Assembly: GCF_018977255.1 (NCBI RefSeq)
Contig: NW_024704742.1
Span: 32,614,001-32,678,000 of the forward strand
Direction of reading: 5' to 3'
DNA: 64,000 bases
From: Callorhinchus milii
Taxonomy: Eukaryota
In this document: positions 51,765 to 64,000 of the stretch, piece by piece
Position numbering within the stretch: the first letter of the stretch is position 1
Layout of the letters: every line of letters starts with the position of its first letter
The notes under the pieces: model-generated
Database searches by the model: none
What the model saw: only the letters and a program-made list of their open reading frames with translations
Told to the model about the DNA's origin: nothing
Made by a program: the position numbers and the translations under genes

Positions 51765-53510
51765 AATCCAAAGTCGAGGGAATACCCTCAGCTGTCTCTG
51801 CCACTGCATCTGCTACCCCTTCTCCATCTCCTCCTCCTACCCCGGCCCCTACACATCGTTCCCTCCACAACTTTGAACCTGTCTCCCCCTCCTCTCTCAT
51901 CACCACCATAAACCGTAGGAAACCCACCATTTGCTCTCTCGACCCCATCCCCACCCCTCACCTCCCAGCTCCACCTCCTTGCCCCTCTACTCACTGACAT
52001 CGTAAACCTCTCCCTGTCCTTTGATACTATTCCCACCCCTTTAAAAACCACTGTCATCACTCCTATCCTTAAAAAATCCTCCCTGGATCCTTCTTTACTC
52101 CCTAACTATGGCCCCACCTCCAACCTCCCTTTCCTCTCCAAAGTCCTGGAACGAGTTATTGCTTCTCAGCTTCGCTCTATTTTCTCCTGCCATTCCCTTC
52201 TCAAACCCCTCCAATTGGGTTTCAGTGTCAGTGACAAATGACATTCTGTCCACCTGCGACCAGGGCTCCCACTGCCTCCTCATCCTACTTGACCTCTCTG
52301 CTGCTTTCGACACCGTCGACCACTCTATCCTCATCCACTGCCTCTCCTCTCACGTCAACCGCCACGGTGCTGTCCTGGATTGGTTCAGTTCGTCGTACCC
52401 CTCACACCCCCTGCACTTCATCTCCTCAAACGGCTTCTCCTCTAGCCCCGGACCGACTCATGTGGCTCTGTCCTTGTCCCCTCCTCTTGAATATCTATAT
52501 GCTCCCTCTTGGTGACATCATCCGCAGACATGGGGTCAACTTTCATATGTATGCGGATGACACCCAACTCTACCTCTCTGCCTCCACCCTCGACTCCAGG
52601 ACCACTGCTGTCCTGACAGAATGTCTGTCAGACATCAAATCCTGGATGAGAGCGAACTTTCTTCAGTTGAACGCCAACAAGATCGAGGCCCTCCTGATTG
52701 GCTCCCATCAGCGCCTCCTCACCTCAGGCACTGACAGCATCACCATCCACGGTTGCACACTCCACCTTACTAAGCCAGTCCGGAAACTTGGCATCTTGTT
52801 TGACTCTCAACTATCCTTTCTATCCCACATCTGTGCCATGAACCGCTCTGCCTTCCCCCACCTCCGCAACGTCGCCCGGCTCTGACACTGTCTCACACCA
52901 CAGGCCAACGAAACCCTTACACACGCCTTCATTACATCGAGGCTTGACTATGCAAACTCACTGCTTGTCGGCCTCCCCAACTCCTCCCTCCACAGGCTGC
53001 AGATCATTCAGAACTCTGCAGCCGGGTCCTCTCCCGCACCGGGCTCCGTGACCCTATCACCCCCATCCTCACCCGACTCCACTGGCTTCCTATCACACAG
53101 AGGATACAGTTCAAGATCCTGGTCCTCACCTTCAAAGCCCTCCACGGTCTTGCTATCCCTTACCTCTCTGACCTCCTAATCCCCTACCACCCTGTTCGCT
53201 CCCTCCGCTCAGCGGGCTCTGACCAGCTTCACGTCCCCCGCTTTGCTTGCCCCACTATCGGATGGCGCGCCTTCTGCCACTCTGCACCCACCCTCAGGAA
53301 CCCCATCCCGCAGTCCCTCCATCTCGCCCCCTCCCTCGCCAACTTCAAGACCCACCTCAAGACCCTGTTTTTCAACCATCCTTTCCCACCTGCCCTCCAC
53401 CCTCCCCCACCCCGACCCCCAGCTCGGGTCCGTAACTCTGTTTGTCCAGCGCCTTGGGACGTCCTCCCAACATGAAAGGCGCAATACAAATGTAATTTTG
53501 TTGTTGTTGT
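51765..53510 (+). mobile_element. L2 LINE, degenerate RT region plus 3' end (antisense to PPM1K)
   Basis: LLILLDLSAAFDTVDH and FHMYADDTQLY RT motifs with frameshifts and deletions; 3' tail aaatgtaattttgttgttgttg. Confidence 0.94.
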
Positions 53511-54976
53511 ACAGCCGCACTATGAAATGCATGGGTTTACTTTTTATGATTATTTAACTGATATGTTTAGATTGTTAATACATTATCAATGCGCACTTTA
53601 GAAATTAAAGCTTTACATCTGCCTTCATTAGACATCTTACATATAAAAAGGCCGAATCAAAGTAGCAAACCTCTCCCAGATTTTTTAGTTATTACAGACT
53701 GCTGCAGAACTTCATTGGCTAGTTGTACAAACAGTTGGGCAGCATTGACTCTGCATTCTCTGGAAGCAAGGCAATGAGCAGTTCCGAACAGAGAAATGTT
53801 GCAGGTATTGTACAAATAGCAACAAAAATAACTCCTCTCCCAAAGCAACAATTTGAACAATGGTCGATGCTAGATATTATTGCTTCCTCCTTCTGTTGGA
53901 ACAGGGTACCCTGAATTTTTAGGAAGTTATGTTAATTCAAAAATGTTACCAATTAACTTATGTAAATCAGTTTAAAATGGAGAAGACAGAGGGAAAGGAG
54001 AACAGGATGTGACTATTCGTACAAAACAAACACTGCAGTTTGGGCACCTCAATATCAGGTGGTCATCAGGTGGTTTGGGAGAATGCCGGCCAAATTCACA
54101 CAGATAATGCCAAGGCTCGATATTACAGGCTTGAGTTGGATATTGATTAGGTAGAGAATGTTGAGAGGGTCTAACTGAAGTGTTCAAAATTAAGAAAGGG
54201 TTATTACAGTAAACTCCTAATAACTTATCACTCAAATGGAAAAGGCTTCAATGACAGGTTATCGAGAGTAGTTAGTTGGCATATGTAAAAATACGTAAGT
54301 GAATGCAGGCGGGATATTTAGATGACTTAAGTGGTAGTGACAAATAAAGCCAGGTTTGAGTTATCAGAAGTTTACTTTATTTCTTTTGGTGGGTAAATTA
54401 ACGCCCAAAAATTATCAGAAGCATAAAAGTATAGGTTGGACAATTTTTTATTTATAAAGGATGTAGCTGTGTTACCACAAATGGCTCTTGAAGCCAAATC
54501 AATTACAGTATTTAAAAAAAATTAGATAAACTCTTGGAAGTATAAAGACAATAACCCTTGTATTTGGTACAGCGCACTTCACATTGGGAGGACATCTCAA
54601 AGAACTTGACAGGACTGTCATTTTATAATGTAAGCAAGAAGGAACGAATCTATCAAATTTTAGAACGTATGGCAAAGGGCTGCTGGGTATGAAGTTTATT
54701 TCCCGCCTACTGCATATTGAGTTCAGTGAGAACGTGTTCAGGGTGGGGAAGAGATGGTGAGAAAATGGAATTCATATAAATTGTAAAAACATGTATCATT
54801 TGATGACTATGATGATATTGGCTAATATACAAGCTCATGTGCATACCTTTAATGGGCGTTTTGAAGTGATGTTAGCAACGCTTGTGCTTAGTACACAGGA
54901 AATTATGTCAATGGGTGGGTGGCGGGGTGCCCTGAAGCAAGCAATCCGACAATTAAATAACTAAATCTTGTTTCAC

Positions 54977-55111
54977 CTGTTCAGTAATAAGCTGAGCAGC
55001 CTCTATTGGATCATGACACTGACTGATGTGGTCGCAAATCTCTTGACTGTTCATAATAAAGTTAATCCCATCCGTCGTCAAAACCAGGAAAGCATCATCT
55101 CCATGCTGTAC
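54977..55111 (-). CDS. PPM1K: PPM1K exon (VQHGDDAFLVLTTDGINFIMNSQEICD...ITEQ)
   Basis: 135 nt, phase 0/0. FLVLTTDG metal-binding motif; ttgtag| acceptor and CAG|gtgaaa donor. Confidence 0.94.
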
Positions 55112-55539
55112 CTACAAAAGGTAGAAATCAAGGGTCACCGGGCATGCAAAGTTTATATAAAAAAAGTATTACAGAAAAGAAAACATACACAAAATCAAAC
55201 AATTTTTATTTTTAAAAATAAAGCTTTGGGCCACTTTCAATAATAATAATGATAATCCTTAGATTTGATATAGCACTTTAACACACTGTCGAGACGTCTC
55301 AAAGCACTTCACAGTACACTGTAAAGTCGGTCTGGCTGTTTTAAGTTACTAAATTGACCTTAAAACAGTGAGTAATCCTGCATTTCTAGATTGCTTGCTT
55401 CAGAAATAAGACTAAAGAGGGGCAGGTTATCCTAGAACAACCTCATTTGAATATGTCAACAAGATGGAAGCCAGACTCTTTGGCTCCCTTCAATGTCTTC
55501 TGTCCTGCGGGTCTGAACTCACTCAACCTCCCCAGGCTC

Positions 55540-56498
55540 TGTCTCAGACCCTTCCTGTGCGCAGCTTGGGCATCAGGTTCAATCCCCAGCTTTCATCTCT
55601 ACCACACATCCGTTCTCTGACCAGAATTGCTTTTTTCCACCCCTGTCACATTGCCCACCTCCGCCCGTACTTCCCAAAATCCTGTGGAGCATGCTCCCTC
55701 GGGAGATGATTGAAGCAGGAAGTGTTGATCCTTTCAAACACAGATTAGATAGTTTTCTTTTAGGAAATAACATTATGGGATATAGTACATAGGTAGTTTG
55801 GGACATATGTGCATGCGACCACCAGGAAGGTGGAAGGCGAACTAGATGGACAGTGGTCTTTATTCGTCTAGCATTTCTTATGTTCTTATGTACAATTGAC
55901 GCAGCTGAAACCCTCGTCCACACCTTCGTCACTTCCCAGCTGGACTATTTGAATGCCCTCCTCGCTGGTCACCCTAGCTCCACCATACACAAAATCCAAA
56001 GAAGTCAGAACTCCACTGCATGGATACCCACCCGCACAAAGCTCCGTACCCCCATCATACCAGTCCTTGCCAGGCTTCACTGGCTCCCAATTACAGAACA
56101 GATCAATTCTAAGATTCTCTCAATCGTTTTCAAATCACTTCATGCCCTCGCACCTCCCTATCTATCCGAGCTGCTTACCCCCCACTCCACCACCTGCTGC
56201 CTCCGCTCGGCTGGCTCCAGCCTCCTGATTGCCCCTTGTGCCCTCCGTTCCACCATTGGTAGATGTGCCTTCAGCCAATACCCCTCGACACTCTGGAAAT
56301 CTCTCTCCCTCAATCACTTTGTCTTATCCCCTCCCTCCCCACCTTCAAATCCCATCTAAACACCTTTCTTTTTGAATGTGCTTATGGTCACCTCTCCCCT
56401 ACCTCTCCCCCCAGCTCATTGTCAAGACTCCGCCACTGTGAAATGCTCCAGGATTCTACCCCACGTGAAAGGCGCTATATAAATGCAAGTTGCTATTG
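55540..56498 (+). mobile_element. L2 LINE 3' fragment interrupted by a CR1 3' end
   Basis: AAETLVHTFVTSQLDYLNALL...LHWLPI ORF2 remnant; L2 tail at about 56440-56498. Confidence 0.88.
55678..55891 (+). mobile_element. CR1-type LINE 3' end nested in L2
   Basis: LWSMLPREMIEAGSVDPFKHRLD-like ORF2 end; tail ttcttatgttcttatgt. Confidence 0.8.
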
Positions 56499-56827
56499 AT
56501 GTGTACATCGCCCTGAATACATGTTAATACACTGACTATAGATTTATACATGCTAACAAGGGCGCTATGTAAATGCATGTTGTTGTTGAATATGCTTGGA
56601 TGAAATCACTAATTACAGCATTTAAAAACAAATTTAATTGAAATATTTGTATGAGGTTCAAAAATTCAATATTATGTTTTAAACATCCAGTTAAAAAAGA
56701 GGCAATAGCTCTTTGTTGTTGCTGTTTTCAGATGATTTGCAATTTGTCTTCAATTATCATTTTTGCAGATAAGGTATAGAGTACTCAGTTATGCAAGGTG
56801 ATACTGGTGTACAGTATGCAGGCCTAC

Positions 56828-56972
56828 CTTAATCCGTTTAGTCTCTGGCTCAGCAATGACTCCCACAGACTTTAAGGCCAGATCGCCTATACTGCGGGTC
56901 ATAGCCAATCTCCCATTTACATGTGGTTGACCTAGACTGTTCCAGGCAACAAAACCGCCACATTTCTTAATT
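56828..56972 (-). CDS. PPM1K: PPM1K exon ([30 protein letters not shown]...AEPETKRIK)
   Basis: 145 nt, phase 2/0. [15 protein letters not shown]2C motif. Confidence 0.96.
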
Positions 56973-57174
56973 CTATAAAACAAAATAAAGGTTGGTCATT
57001 ACATGGAAATTGTAATCAAAGATAATTATAGTTGTTTCTAAGAAATACAAAATGTATATAAATACAAATTAATCTGTGGTTGTATATCAGATTTCAACTT
57101 ATAGAAAATTACTAGCTTTAGATATTTATCATAACTCCCATAGGACTATTTGTGCTACTTTTTCATAATATTAC

Positions 57175-57340
57175 CTCTCCCTTTCATCTTTTCTTTCTGG
57201 AGTGTGGTCTTCAGTCAATCGCTCAGGCTTTCCTTTTCGACAAAGAATAGCCCGGCTGTCACCTACACTTGCCACAACAAGTTCAATGCCATCACGTAAC
57301 AGAGCCACAGTGGCAGTCGTTCCCGATGTCAGGATGGAAA
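57175..57340 (-). CDS. PPM1K: PPM1K (mitochondrial PP2Cm, BCKDH phosphatase) internal exon ([32 protein letters not shown]...[12 protein letters not shown])
   Basis: 166 nt, phase 1/2. PP2C motifs GTTA, GDSRA and DH.P; canonical splice sites. Confidence 0.96.
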
Positions 57341-58872
57341 CTATAATCATTAGAACAGAACTGAAATCACACTCTGAGAAAATGCAGCATATTAACAAGC
57401 TTTAAAGGCATTACTAGTATTTTAGGTAAATTACAAGCGAATCTATTGAAAATAAATAATGAGCAATATTATATATCTGATACAGCATGCAGGTATTAAA
57501 CAACTTTGTAAGATAGTGGGGGTATACTTCATTAACAGGGTTTAATGCTTAGCTAGCGTTACAAAAGGCAACAAGCCCAAGTGCTTAGAAAAAAATGAGC
57601 TGGTTGAGAAAAACAATATTTGTGGCAAGTGTCTCTAGTTAGAATCAGGCCCTGTTGCAATAATTATATAGAAGTAACTACTAATAGGTTATTCACAAAG
57701 TTAAAAATTTTAAGAAGGAACAAAATAATTGTTCAACTAAAAACTACATATACTATAAAGCAGGTATTTTTAAATTAGGCATTTCAGGAAACAATGGGAA
57801 TCATTCCTTTCAGATAGGTTTAAAAATATTTTGTGAACTATATCACAGCATTTTAAATAGAGAATGAAATTACACCCCCAACACAAAGCCTACATTAAAG
57901 GAGATAGTCCCAAGTTGTTAACCATTCTGAGTCTCTCACAAGGAAGCTGCTCCACTTAAGTGTGAGAGCATTTGAACTATAAGGAGTCGTGCACATCCAC
58001 ATTCTTCCCATTTTTAAAATTTAAATCAAGAGATACCTACTGTAAACTCAATACTTACTGAGCATTGCTAGATGCTTGGCTGATACTATTTTTTTGGTGG
58101 GGGAGCGGCTTGAATGGTGTCCACCCAATGCAACAGCCAGAAAGTATACCTTTCCACCAAATAACATAGAATTATTTTCTGCAGTGAAATTCAGCAGAGC
58201 AGCTTCCCGAAGGGAGCGCAGACCTGATATGGCACATCTCTACAAGCTAGAAAAAAGCCCTGAACTAGGATAAGCTCCTACAAGGTGGCAATTTTAAAAA
58301 AAAATGATTTTGAACAATGTTTATATTGAGCTTGAGTGGTGAAAAAAGCGAGATATTGAACCCCATTCTATATATGCTGCACCTTTCCCACACTCATGAA
58401 GAACACATTACAGACAGAATGCAGAAAGAATATACAGTATGTTTATGGTTTGCTGTCTAACAGCTGTAAACTTTCTGCCATACCAGCAAAAAAGTGTTGA
58501 ATATTTAGAATGAATTTCCTCTAAAAAAAATCAGTCTTCTGAAGATTTGGTGTAACAAATATAACTGTTGTTTAGAAATAAAAATACCTGCTTAACAGTA
58601 TTCACTGTTTATTTTTTTAAAATGCTAAAAGTGGTCATTTTACTTGTTTTTAAAATGCGTAATCTTTGGAGATTATGACCAAATGCTACAATATTTTCTA
58701 GCCACTAGGACTGACAAATGATTTCAATGTCAAACTAGTCACACAGATAAAAACATAAATACTAAGATACTTTACGCTTGGTTTTAAAAACATATGTGGC
58801 ATTTAACAACATTTTGCCTAATATGTTAACATCACTACATTACTAATGTCTTCAACAGGACTGAACACTCAC

Positions 58873-59078
58873 TGAAGCCGATTTTATTGAATGTCACCTC
58901 TACTAATGGGACAAAGAGGTTGTAGGGGGCCCTCCAGTAGTCCAGGCTAGGAACCGCTGGACTCCTTCAACTGGGAGAAAAGGGGAGCAGTTCTCCTTCC
59001 ACTGAAGCCCAACAAAGTGTCCAGGGCCTCCAGTTCTAGAGCTGCTGGTGCTGCGCAACAGACCAGGTACAGACTCTG
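58873..59078 (-). other. PPM1K: Candidate PPM1K alternative (poison or terminal) exon
   Basis: GC-richer island with TAG/CAG tandem acceptor. Phase-1 entry reads 58 aa to TAG TAG (58900-58905), followed by AATAAA (58883-58888) and a gtgagt donor (58867-58872). Confidence 0.65.
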
Positions 59079-62000
59079 CTACAGATAACATGTACACAGA
59101 GGCAAATAGGAAATTTACGCAGGGACGTCCATACAGTACCTGCAACACTGGAAATATTATAACTGGAGCTGCATGTAAAATGGCTGCTAGATTTATATGC
59201 ACAAAATTCACCCACCCAAAATATTGTATTCACTTATACAACTAAACTGTATGTCTTACAAAATTAACATTTGTCAAAATAATCTATATCTTTTCATGGG
59301 TCAAATTTTGATTCCTCCCCATCATAACAAAAAGAGACCATATAGAAGGTAGTCCGCAGCTCTTAAATATTAACCAGTGTTACAGGGCAACATTAATTAT
59401 GGTAGAACCAAAAGCAATATTAGAAAATGCCAAACATCTTCATACTATTTGATGATTTTCCAATCTGTACTAGCTGAATATTTGAATTATTGTTTTATTC
59501 GGAGAATATTTACCACCATTATTTTGTAGTCTAATATACAAAATGAACAAAAAAAACAGTATAAACCAAAAGATACTATACCAAAGCTTGATTGTAGTGC
59601 AGATTTATCCACTAGCTTTTACAGATACAGGCTATTCCAAAACCTTGGGAATATTAAACCAAATATCTTATCAATAAATATCAATTCCATTAGCTATGAG
59701 GTCACTCCCCAAGGAAGGAAAGCTTAGGAAATGTTTTACAGGCTAAATGAGAAACCTAAATCAGTGTGTTTCAGCATTATGTATATTTACTGAAATGTCT
59801 CCAAACAAACATTAAAGGGACTCTGGACTCTAGTTAATTTGGAATGATAAAGTACAACTATTTGCTCCGATATTAATCATAACTGATTTTTTTTGAAAGA
59901 CCACAATAAAATATTTGATTAAATTGACAGCTTTAAAATTAATTTTAGAGAAAAAGTGTAGATTGTACATTGTTACACATTTCATTCATTTTCGGTCATT
60001 AAATCAAATTGTGAATATTACATGGCAAGTGAATCATAGTTCAAGGGTTGAGTAACTGCTGTGAAAGTATATAAATCAATATAAACTAGCAAAAATATTT
60101 AATGTGTACTAGTGATCACTCCCCATCCCCAAAGTGTCCAACAATCATATGCAAAAAAAACTAACAACATTTTTTCATTTCCCAAATAGCTAGTTTAGCT
60201 CTCAAAAAAAAATTAGAAAAGCTTCAGTAACTGTCGAAATTTGCTTCTGTATTTTATTGTCATTGGACACTTAATCAGAGTTACTCTCAGTCAATAGTTC
60301 TAAGCTTCATTACCACTGAAATTAAATGTTGGCAAAATTCTTCAGAGTATTTATACGTAAATGATAAGCAAGATCCTTTGGACAACACCAAAGGGTATAA
60401 AAGTGTGGGTGATAAGATAATGCAAACTTCAGGAAAGTTGAGAGGAGATTTTATGTGCACGGGAGCAAATCAATGCTTTCTCTAATTGTCAACAAGTGGA
60501 ACACGAATCAGCTAAGGCATTTTCACAAAGAAGTTCTGGGCAACACTCAATTTGTTATCTGGTGTGGAAATAGGTTTCCTCATTTAGATGAGGACATGCT
60601 AATGGCCAAGACAATCACATTGACCTTCATGCTAAATTTGGACTGGATTCACATTAGTGTGACAAAGTGATGGAAGAGAACATGGACTGATGTCTTGTAA
60701 ATGTCAGGGACAAAACAGTTTACACAAAGATTTTGGAGTGGGAACAATGCAGATTCAACTAGGTCTAAAGGAGGACGGATGGGGGGAGTCTTGCATAGGA
60801 CAACAGCAATAGTAAATTTTTATTTGTAGACAGAAATAAAAAAATTAAAAGCTTTCTGAACAGACCAACAAGGTAACACTTGCCTGACATATGGTGCAAG
60901 TTAAAAACTCAGTTGTCGTTTAGTAAAATATTCAACTTTTTAAAAAAAGTTTAAAAAAATCAAGGGAATCAATATGAAAAGAAATTGCAAGTATGTTAAA
61001 TGTTTTATTTTCACTATCAATCTGGCGTATTTCACAAAAGAAATAAGGTGAAAGTGTTACTTTAAGCTGTAAAGTCTGAAGTCACCCAGTCTGGAATAGC
61101 CTGTTACAAGTTTGCAATGATAAATCTACCGTACAAAGCATTAGTTCACACAAAAATATTACATACTGGGTTAAAAACATGGGGCAAAATTTGCAGTATT
61201 CCTGAAGTTCCAGCCCAAGTAATAACCAAATAAAAAACTACTTCACTCTCTGAGGCCGAAAACCCAAACGCCTCAAGACTGAAAATTCAATATGGTGTCA
61301 CATCAATTTGAAAATCAGAGCTGGGAAGGGGAAAGAAACCACCACCCAAGTGGCTTTTCGGTGTTTTTAGCAGGTTTAGTGTGAAACCAGAAATGCTCTA
61401 ACAAACTAAACACCATTAATTGTGGGAATAATTAAGACAGTGTTATTTTAAAGAATACCACAAATTTTACCCCAATATGTAATAAGAATATTGATGATGG
61501 ACAAGATCGTTTAAGACCCCTCACAAGCCTTTATGCGCCATTCAATTATTTTAAAGCATTTTAGGCTCTACAATCATCATCATTCAGCATGAAGCTTTTT
61601 TGTATCAGTACAATAAGTGTTCCCCTCACACCAGTTTATGACTGTTAAAGACGAATCGTGCTGCGAGCTTGAACGTTCTGTTTATAGCAGATCTGTGCCT
61701 TTAAACTACGTAACTGATCAAAAAGTTACAAATCACTACATGCATATACCAGCTAACATTTGTTTTACATGTACATGTATGAATTATATTTCAGTTATTT
61801 TAGATAAAACTTTAAATTACATAATGAATGTCGTAATTTCTGGTCATAATAACCCCCTGGAATAGTATTCAAATGGATATTGTTTTAAACGATTCACTGG
61901 ATAATCATAACATACTGGACTAGGTGGTGAATGTGGGAGTGGTGCTACAATTCGATGCTAGTGCAAATTTACTATGAGGAAAACAACTCTAAAAGAATGC

Positions 62001-64000
62001 AAACATTTTAAAAAGGTAACATCTGACTTTGAATAGTTAAAATTATCTGTTAAAGTGGTCTATTCTACTGCAGGCCTTCAATTGCCTTTTACAGGCATTT
62101 TTAAATTATCTCCTATTAGTTGAGATAACCTGAGACCAGTACAATTTAATCATTAATTACAATGACTGTAGCACTCATGTGATTGACAAAATTGCTAAAA
62201 TACAAGTATTGGGTACCTTGGTCTAAAATTGTAAAGGACTCCGCTAATAATTAAAGAACATAGAATTTAAAACATTAAAAAAAATCAAAAATGTGATAAG
62301 ACAAAGCTGGAAAGATATTAAGATAAGTGTATGATATAGGATTACTGTACATCAGCATTTATTAAACACTGCCAATGGATGGAATCTCCACTAAATTCTT
62401 GTTTTCAAATATATCTTCTACCACTCACATACTAATAGACCTTTGGTACTAAGTATCTATTATGCATTTGTAAGCTTTTACAGTGAGAGTCAGTAACCTA
62501 TTAAGTAAGGTTAATGTCTAATGACCACATAGGGATTGTTCATCAAAAATCATTGGAAGTCATTCAGGAGTAGAAATCCTGTTTTTTCACCTCCCATAGA
62601 AGTCACATTCAGTACAGCGTCAGCATTCCTACATCAGTTGAGATTAGTTAGTTAGTGCAAACAAGGATCAAACAAACATTGAGACATTATATTTTCTTCC
62701 TCTTGCCCTAGTTGGGCCTCATTACACAACATACAAGAGGGTGGAAAATCTGAGCTGCTCCCTGGCCTCTTTCAGTATCACTGGGAGCGCTAAAAAAAAT
62801 CAGGAAAACTACAGAGGGCAGGAAAAGAGAGATCAAAGGCACATAATTACTCCATGATGTTGCTGGATTCTCATACTCGTGGCCTCATTCACCCTTATGC
62901 AAAGGGTGGTTTCAGAAATCTAAGTGTCATATAATAATAATAATCCTTGCATTTGATATGGTGCCTTATCAGTCTTTGAGACGTCTCAAACATATGAACT
63001 GCTCTCCTGTGACTGCGCAATTTAAACAAAAGTGCCTTCATTTTTTTCGGAAAACAGAAAAGTATTCTTTAGCTAATTTTTATCTCTTAAAACCTTTGCT
63101 AAAATCACAGACCATTATATCAAGACCCAAATTAATAGGGATTGATTTTCAAAAGGAATGGTTAAGAGTACAGTACTAAAGCAGACTTCAGAAAAAAGAA
63201 AGCAATAAAAGAAGCTTAAAGGCAGAAAAAATAGAGGCAAAAGAAAAAAATATATAAATATGTATAGAATAAACTCAAATCAAAATTTCATGAATGCATC
63301 TACATAGTTTAAAAATGTATGGAGAGATTTTTTCTAAATGATTGCTTTGAAGTGTTTGGTTACAAAAAAACTAGAAGATACTGTATAAGAATCATGAGGG
63401 AAACATTGCACAAAGTCTTTCAAAGCAGGAGGAGAAATAAAATAACAAGTATGATTTTTTTTGCGTCAAGTGGCAATTTTGAAATTGTGACAAATTATGT
63501 GCATTAACGGAGTTTGCTGTTCTTCCACACTGTGGGAGAGAGGCATCAAAATTCTGAAATGACAAGTCATTGGAACTGTCAGTTTGGTGACCTTTTCCAT
63601 TTAAAAAAATGGAAAAATAAATACCATTTTTCTTCCCTCCGAATAAACATAATGCACAATCTTGGAGAAGTTTAATTCCTCATCAGTGTACTCACTGCAC
63701 AGTCCTACCGGCCTCTTCATTTTTGCAAATGTTAAGTATAATACAAAATAACTCGATCATTAGAGGAAAGGAAATAAGAGGTTTTTTTTAAAAATAGGAC
63801 TGTACTTAAGCTACAATCATACAATTTAGGACACATACACAACGTAAAGAAACAGCAGTGGTTACAGAATGGATGATATCTCTTCTGAAAAGTACAGGCT
63901 ATAAATACTTTAGCGATGTCTTTGATTTGAGTGGATTGATGAATGGGCAAATTTTATAAAAAATATTTAAGAAGTCAAAGCGATTAAAAACAATCTGTAT

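Noticed and set aside
59100..64000. Upstream PPM1K coding exons
   Set aside because: No recognisable PP2C peptide; presumed beyond the right edge of the window

Overview
Vertebrate genomic DNA, most likely from a cartilaginous fish (inferred from the L2/CR1 LINEs and the Deu-type and tRNA-derived SINEs). Three spliced genes are present. GSTCD (- strand) shows a putative non-coding exon 1 and four coding exons, then a long intron running off the left edge. INTS12 (+ strand) has a complete 6-coding-exon CDS of 454 aa with a PHD finger and lies head-to-head with GSTCD across a ~200-bp bidirectional promoter flanked by G-rich and GA-rich arrays. PPM1K (- strand) shows its last four coding exons, tail-to-tail with INTS12. 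Introns are dense in SINE, L2 and CR1 fragments, several of them nested. The most interesting signals are: (1) a candidate deeply conserved poison or alternative-terminal exon, plus a second PTC exon, in an almost TE-free PPM1K intron; (2) a Helitron-like element inserted at A|T with no TSD into another copy of its own family, next to a U2 snRNA 5' fragment in an INTS12 intron; (3) a reconstitutable 5' splice site at the start of GSTCD exon 3; (4) an overlapping uORF in INTS12. All gene and repeat identities come from recognising the sequence, not from database searches.
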